From: an uncultured Eubacteriales bacterium
GTDB lineage: Bacteria > Bacillota_I > Bacilli_A > RF39 > UBA660
NCBI GenBank assembly: GCA_963545265.1
Contig: CAUUHY010000005.1
Span: forward strand, 53-64,052
Direction of reading: 5' to 3'
Length of the DNA: 64,000 bases
Part shown: positions 60,435 to 64,000 of the stretch, in pieces
Layout: every line of letters starts with the position of its first letter
How positions within the stretch are numbered: the first letter of the stretch is position 1
Made by a program: the position numbers and the translations under genes
The notes under the pieces: model-generated
The model's database searches: none
Seen by the model: the letters and a program-made list of their open reading frames with translations, nothing else
What the model was told of the DNA's origin: nothing

Positions 60435-61940
60435 CTATTCTATTTCTAATATTTTATCAAATATATTTATTTTATTTTCATTTTTTACATTTGTTTCTTC
60501 TATGTATTTAGGAAGTATACCTATTTTTTTATTTTCTATATATTTTTTAGTTTCTTCTTCCCATTCTTTTGTTTCTAAAAATATTAAATTTATTTTTTTA
60601 TTTAATATTTTACTAAATGTTTTTTCTAAAACATTTTTTTCTGAATCAAACAACTCTTTTTCTTTTTCATTACATGAATATATTATTGTATTTAAAGAAG
60701 CCATTTTTATTTCTTTTTTTAATAATGCAATAATTTTTTTATCATTATTTTTTATTATTTCTTCTTTTAACTTTTTTTCATATTCTAGTTTATTTATTTT
60801 TTTAGCTTCAACAAAACAATTATTTATTTTTATTTTTATTTCTTCTTCTGTGAGTTTTTTATCATCTTTTTTTGAATCAAATAAAGCTTCTTCTTTTTGA
60901 TTTTCATCTTTTTCTTTATTTTCTATTATCTTTATTTCTGTATTTTCTTTAAAATATTTCAATATATATATTTTAAATAAAAATTCTTGTATTTCAACAC
61001 TTGATATTTTATTTATTAATTCGTTTAAAAGAGTTATTAATTGATAATCAATATTATCAACCATATTGCTTTCGTAATATTTAAGTAAATTTTTAATCAA
61101 TGTAATAATATCAAGGTTGTTTTCAACTATTTTTTTATATTCTTTAATAAAATTGTCTTCATTTTTTTCTATTAAACTATTTGCTAACGGTTTTAATTTT
61201 TCAAATGAAATAGTATTTGATATTTTGTATATTAAATCTATATTTATTTTTTTTCTATCAGAATATGCTATGGCTTTATCCAATATTGTCAAACTATCTC
61301 TTAAACCACCAGCTGATAACTCAGCTATTTTTAACAATGCATCTTCTTCATATTCTATATTTTCTTTTAAACAAATATATTCTAGTTTTTCTTTTATTAT
61401 CTCTTCAGATATTTTTTTAAATTCTAATACTTGGCACCTTGAAACAATAGTATCAGGAACTTTTTTAATTTCTGTAGTAGCCATAATAAATACAACATGT
61501 TTTGGTGGTTCCTCAAGTGTTTTTAACAACGCATCAAAAGCTTCTTTAGTTAACATTTGGATTTCATCTATTATATACACTTTATATTTTAATTCAGTTG
61601 GAACTAAGTCTATTTTATTTCTAATGTTTCTGATTTCTTCAACACCATTATTAGACGCTGCATCCATTTCTATTATATCAACACTGTTATCGTTTATTTT
61701 TTTACAATTTTCGCATTCATCACACGCTTTCAAACCGTTAATATTCAAACAATTTATTAATTTAGCATATATTTTAGCTGTACTTGTTTTTCCAGTACCT
61801 CTAGGACCAAAAAACAAAAAAGCATGATTAATTTTATTATTTTTAATTGAATTTTGTAAAATAGTTTTTATTACATCTTGTCCATATAAATCATCAAAAT
61901 TATTTGGTCTATATTTTCTATAAAGTGCCTTGTAATTCAT
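60435..61940 (-). CDS. dnaX: DNA polymerase III tau/gamma subunit
   Basis: Walker A GPRGTGKTS, a zinc module (CDECENC) and SRC. The start is set at MNYKALYRKYRP with a GGGTGA Shine-Dalgarno; the longer ORF is an upstream read-through. Confidence 0.9.
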   Translation of the reverse strand: MNYKALYRKYRPNNFDDLYGQDVIKTILQNSIKNNKINHAFLFFGPRGTGKTSTAKIYAKLINCLNINGLKACDECENCKKINDNSVDIIEMDAASNNGVEEIRNIRNKIDLVPTELKYKVYIIDEIQMLTKEAFDALLKTLEEPPKHVVFIMATTEIKKVPDTIVSRCQVLEFKKISEEIIKEKLEYICLKENIEYEEDALLKIAELSAGGLRDSLTILDKAIAYSDRKKINIDLIYKISNTISFEKLKPLANSLIEKNEDNFIKEYKKIVENNLDIITLIKNLLKYYESNMVDNIDYQLITLLNELINKISSVEIQEFLFKIYILKYFKENTEIKIIENKEKDENQKEEALFDSKKDDKKLTEEEIKIKINNCFVEAKKINKLEYEKKLKEEIIKNNDKKIIALLKKEIKMASLNTIIYSCNEKEKELFDSEKNVLEKTFSKILNKKINLIFLETKEWEEETKKYIENKKIGILPKYIEETNVKNENKINIFDKILEIE

Positions 61941-61988
61941 ATAATCACCCATATAAATTATAACATTTATATATTTTTTTATAAAGTT

Positions 61989-62004
61989 TGTTTCACGTGA
62001 AACC
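61989..62004. promoter_or_regulatory. parS site (TGTTTCACGTGAAACC, 15/16 to consensus TGTTNCACGTGAAACA)
   Basis: Perfect 14-bp palindrome GTTTCACGTGAAAC. Confidence 0.6.
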
Positions 62005-62013
62005 ATAAAAAAA

Positions 62014-62086
62014 GTGCACATACTATTTTTGTATAATGCTGCTTAGTTCCCTATCTGACATGATTTTACAAAAATAATATTGCACA
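62014..62086 (-). ncRNA. ffs: small SRP RNA (ffs/scRNA, about 73 nt)
   Basis: Domain IV-like GUCAGAUAGGGAACUAAGCAGCA (compare the consensus GUCAGGUCCGGAAGGAAGCAGC). The 5' and 3' ends pair (UGUGCA...UGUGCAC), and a U7 tract follows. A TATAAT box lies 7 nt upstream of the 5' end. Position upstream of dnaX matches B. subtilis. Confidence 0.5.
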
Positions 62087-62106
62087 AATTAATTATACTC
62101 TATATA

Positions 62107-62155
62107 AAAGCAAAAAACAAACGTTTCACGTGAAACAATTTGTTTTTTGCTTTTA
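62107..62155 (-). terminator. gyrA terminator: ~23-bp inverted repeat centred on a second parS site (CGTTTCACGTGAAACA at 62122-62137)
   Basis: AAAGCAAAAAACAAACGTTTCAC/GTGAAACAATTTGTTTTTTGCTTT overlaps the gyrA stop codon and is followed by a U-run on the minus strand. Confidence 0.55.
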
Positions 62156-64000
62156 TTCTTCAATATTTTCTTCTATCTCATCTTTTGGCGTTAAAGCTAC
62201 TGATGAAAGTTTACTTTCATTTTTTAAATTTATTAATTTTATACCTTGTGTATTTCTTCCAATTGTAGAAATTTGTTCTTGAGATATTTTAATAACTGTC
62301 CCCTGGTCTGTAATAAGTAAAATATTTTCTGTTTCTAGTGGGTATTTAACAGATATTAAACTCCCTGTTTTTTCGGTTGTGTTTAAAGCTTTTACTCCTT
62401 TTGCCCCTCTTTTGGTAATTCTAAAATCTTCTACTTTAGTTTTCTTTCCATATCCATTTTCTGTAACAATTAATAATTCATTATTATCTTCAATCACTTC
62501 TGAACCAACAACTACAGAACCATCTAAATTCATTCCTCTACATCCTGAAGCTGTTCTTCCTGTAGGTCTTACTTCATCTTCTTTAAATTTAACTATTTTA
62601 CCGTTTTTAGATGCGATAACTATATAATCTTCACCTAAAGATTTTTTAACAGCTATTAATTTATCATTTTCTTTTAATGAAATAGCTATTTTACCATTAG
62701 ATCTAATGTTTTCAAATTCAGATATAAGAGTTCTCTTAACACAAGCTTGTTCTGTTATAAAAACTATATATTTAGATTTTTCATCTTTTCCATCAACACT
62801 TAATAAAGAAGTGATTTTTTCATCTTTAGCAAGTGGTAAGATGTTAATTATTGGTAATCCTTTAGATTGTCTACTGTATTCTGGTATTTCATAACCTTTT
62901 AATCTATAAACTATACCTAGATTACTAAACATTAATAAATAATCATGAGATTTCATACTAATTAATTTTTCAGTATAATCTTCGTCATTTACACTAATTC
63001 CCTTAATACCAACTCCACCTCTATTTTGAACTTTATATGTATCATTATTGACACGTTTGATATATCCATTATGAGTAAGCGTAATTATTATATCTTCTTC
63101 TGGAATAAGAGATTCATCTTCTATATAATCAACTGCAGTCATATCAATATTTGTTTTACGTTCGTCGTTATATTTATTTTTAATTTCTAATAGTTCTTCT
63201 TTAATTATATTTAAAATTCTTTCTTCTTTTTCTAAAATATCTTTTAAATCAGCTATTAATTCAATTAATTCTTTTAATTCTTCATCTAATTTTTCTCTTT
63301 CTAATCCTGTTAATCTTTTCATCTTCATTTCTAGAATAGATTTTGCTTGAATTTCTGATAATTTAAAATTGTTTTGAAGTTTTTCAATAGATTCTTCATC
63401 AGTTTTAGAGCTTCTAATTATATTTACTACAGCATCTATGTTATCAAGCGCAATTTTTAATCCTTCCAATATATGTTCTCTAGCTGAAGCTTTTTCTAAA
63501 TCAAATTGAGTTCTTTTAGTTATAACTAAAATTTGATGTTCTATATATTTTTCTAATATTTCTTTTAAATTAAGAAGTTTTGGTTCATTATCAACAAGCG
63601 CTAACATATTAACACCATAATTTTGTTGTAATTCAGTATGTTTATATAAATTATTCAATATTACATTAGCATTAACATCTCTTCTTAATTCTATAACAAT
63701 CTTAATAGTTCCTCTATTTGATTCATCTCTTAAGTCAGTAACACCATCTATTGTTTTATTTTTAACTAAGTTAGCAATACTATTTACTAAATTAGCTTTA
63801 TTTACCATATAAGGTATTTCACTAACTATAATTTGTGATTTTCCATTTGCTTTTTCAACTATTTCAGCTCTTGATCTGATAGTAATACTTCCTTTACCAG
63901 TTTCATAAGCTTTTTTAATACCTTGATTACCTAATATAGTTGCTCCTGTTGGAAAATCTGGTCCTTTTATATATTGCATTAAATCTAATATAGTTATGTC
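62153..64000 (-). CDS. gyrA: DNA gyrase subunit A, partial (C-terminal ~610 aa; N-terminus beyond the window end)
   Basis: QYIKGPDFPTG motif, coiled-coil tower and GyrA C-terminal beta-pinwheel repeats. The ORF is open to the window edge. Confidence 0.9.
   Translation of the reverse strand, partial: DITILDLMQYIKGPDFPTGATILGNQGIKKAYETGKGSITIRSRAEIVEKANGKSQIIVSEIPYMVNKANLVNSIANLVKNKTIDGVTDLRDESNRGTIKIVIELRRDVNANVILNNLYKHTELQQNYGVNMLALVDNEPKLLNLKEILEKYIEHQILVITKRTQFDLEKASAREHILEGLKIALDNIDAVVNIIRSSKTDEESIEKLQNNFKLSEIQAKSILEMKMKRLTGLEREKLDEELKELIELIADLKDILEKEERILNIIKEELLEIKNKYNDERKTNIDMTAVDYIEDESLIPEEDIIITLTHNGYIKRVNNDTYKVQNRGGVGIKGISVNDEDYTEKLISMKSHDYLLMFSNLGIVYRLKGYEIPEYSRQSKGLPIINILPLAKDEKITSLLSVDGKDEKSKYIVFITEQACVKRTLISEFENIRSNGKIAISLKENDKLIAVKKSLGEDYIVIASKNGKIVKFKEDEVRPTGRTASGCRGMNLDGSVVVGSEVIEDNNELLIVTENGYGKKTKVEDFRITKRGAKGVKALNTTEKTGSLISVKYPLETENILLITDQGTVIKISQEQISTIGRNTQGIKLINLKNESKLSSVALTPKDEIEENIEE

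Noticed and set aside
60382-61827. Plus-strand ORFs of 172 aa, 236 aa and others opposite dnaX, and many similar plus-strand ORFs across the window (e.g. 2750-2935, 5644-5883, 7845-8079, 13989-14648, 21460-21660, 26781-27695, 41670-41978, 42874-43512, 53659-54081, 59221-59858, 62379-62894)
   Set aside because: They lie antisense to well-supported genes, are low-complexity (F/I/L/S-rich) as expected from the reverse complement of AT-rich coding DNA, and lack RBS or family signatures.
62153-63979. Met (MQYIKGPDF...) as the gyrA start
   Set aside because: That Met is internal. The ORF continues to the window edge and the GyrA N-terminal domain (active-site Tyr region) is missing, so the gene is truncated by the window.
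1-64000. CRISPR arrays, rRNA genes, canonical tRNAs, integrase/transposase genes
   Set aside because: I found no regularly spaced direct repeats with unique spacers, no rRNA-like conserved blocks and no GTTCGAATC-type T-arm outside the tmRNA. No ORF has tyrosine- or serine-recombinase or DDE motifs. Short tRNAs could still be missed by eye; a tRNAscan run would settle it.

Overview
This is a 64 kb segment of a very AT-rich (about 23-25% GC) low-GC Firmicutes-type chromosome. It uses the standard genetic code: TGA is a stop, and long ORFs such as the 1074-aa one are intact. Almost every gene is on the minus strand. RNAP delta (rpoE), spoVG, femX, a walJ-like MBL hydrolase with rlmH, and the dnaX-ybaB-recR and secG-rnr-smpB-ssrA clusters suggest a Bacilli or Erysipelotrichia-like lineage that has a cell wall. 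Two parS sites next to gyrA indicate the origin of replication is nearby.

The window has three parts.

(1) 1-13.4 kb is an accessory-looking region. It contains a three-gene operon of unknown proteins that includes a GNAT-HExxH fusion. It also contains an rsgA-like GTPase, an LnuA-like nucleotidyltransferase and a GNAT acetyltransferase in an apparent operon, plus an alpha/beta hydrolase. Several decayed gene remnants are present, including a nonsense-mutated GNAT paralog.

(2) 13.4-18 kb lies immediately downstream of secA and holds a short array of transcription units. These are hisS with a T-box-like leader, a tetR plus SAM-methyltransferase pair, and a UDG-domain fusion protein. Each unit is followed by a 12-mer motif, AACTTATCTAAA, seven copies in all, always in the same orientation. 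Three copies of the secA 3' end (SEC-C zinc-finger codons plus terminator hairpin) are interspersed among them. A perfect 26-bp direct repeat flanks the tetR-methyltransferase cassette.

(3) 18-64 kb is conserved core genome. In order it carries secA, hpf, a giant 1074-aa protein with a type IV prepilin signal and five internal D-x-AGN repeats, tagO, rpiB, rpmE, murA, fba, cdaR-cdaA, a tmk-like kinase, a transglutaminase-like protein, tmRNA, ldh, smpB, rnr, secG, murD, femX, a metallophosphoesterase, prmC, prfA, rpoE(delta), lemA-like, ung, rlmH, a walJ-like MBL, an M23/LysM peptidase, dnaB, rplI, a DHH phosphoesterase, spoVG, rsmA, a 3D-domain protein, tatD, mfd, pth, rsmI, trmN6-like, holB, recR, ybaB, dnaX, a tiny SRP RNA flanked by two parS sites, and the 3' part of gyrA.

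No CRISPR array, rRNA, integrase or transposase gene was detected. One protein-coding-looking remnant next to the tmRNA 3' end may be a decayed mobile-element gene.
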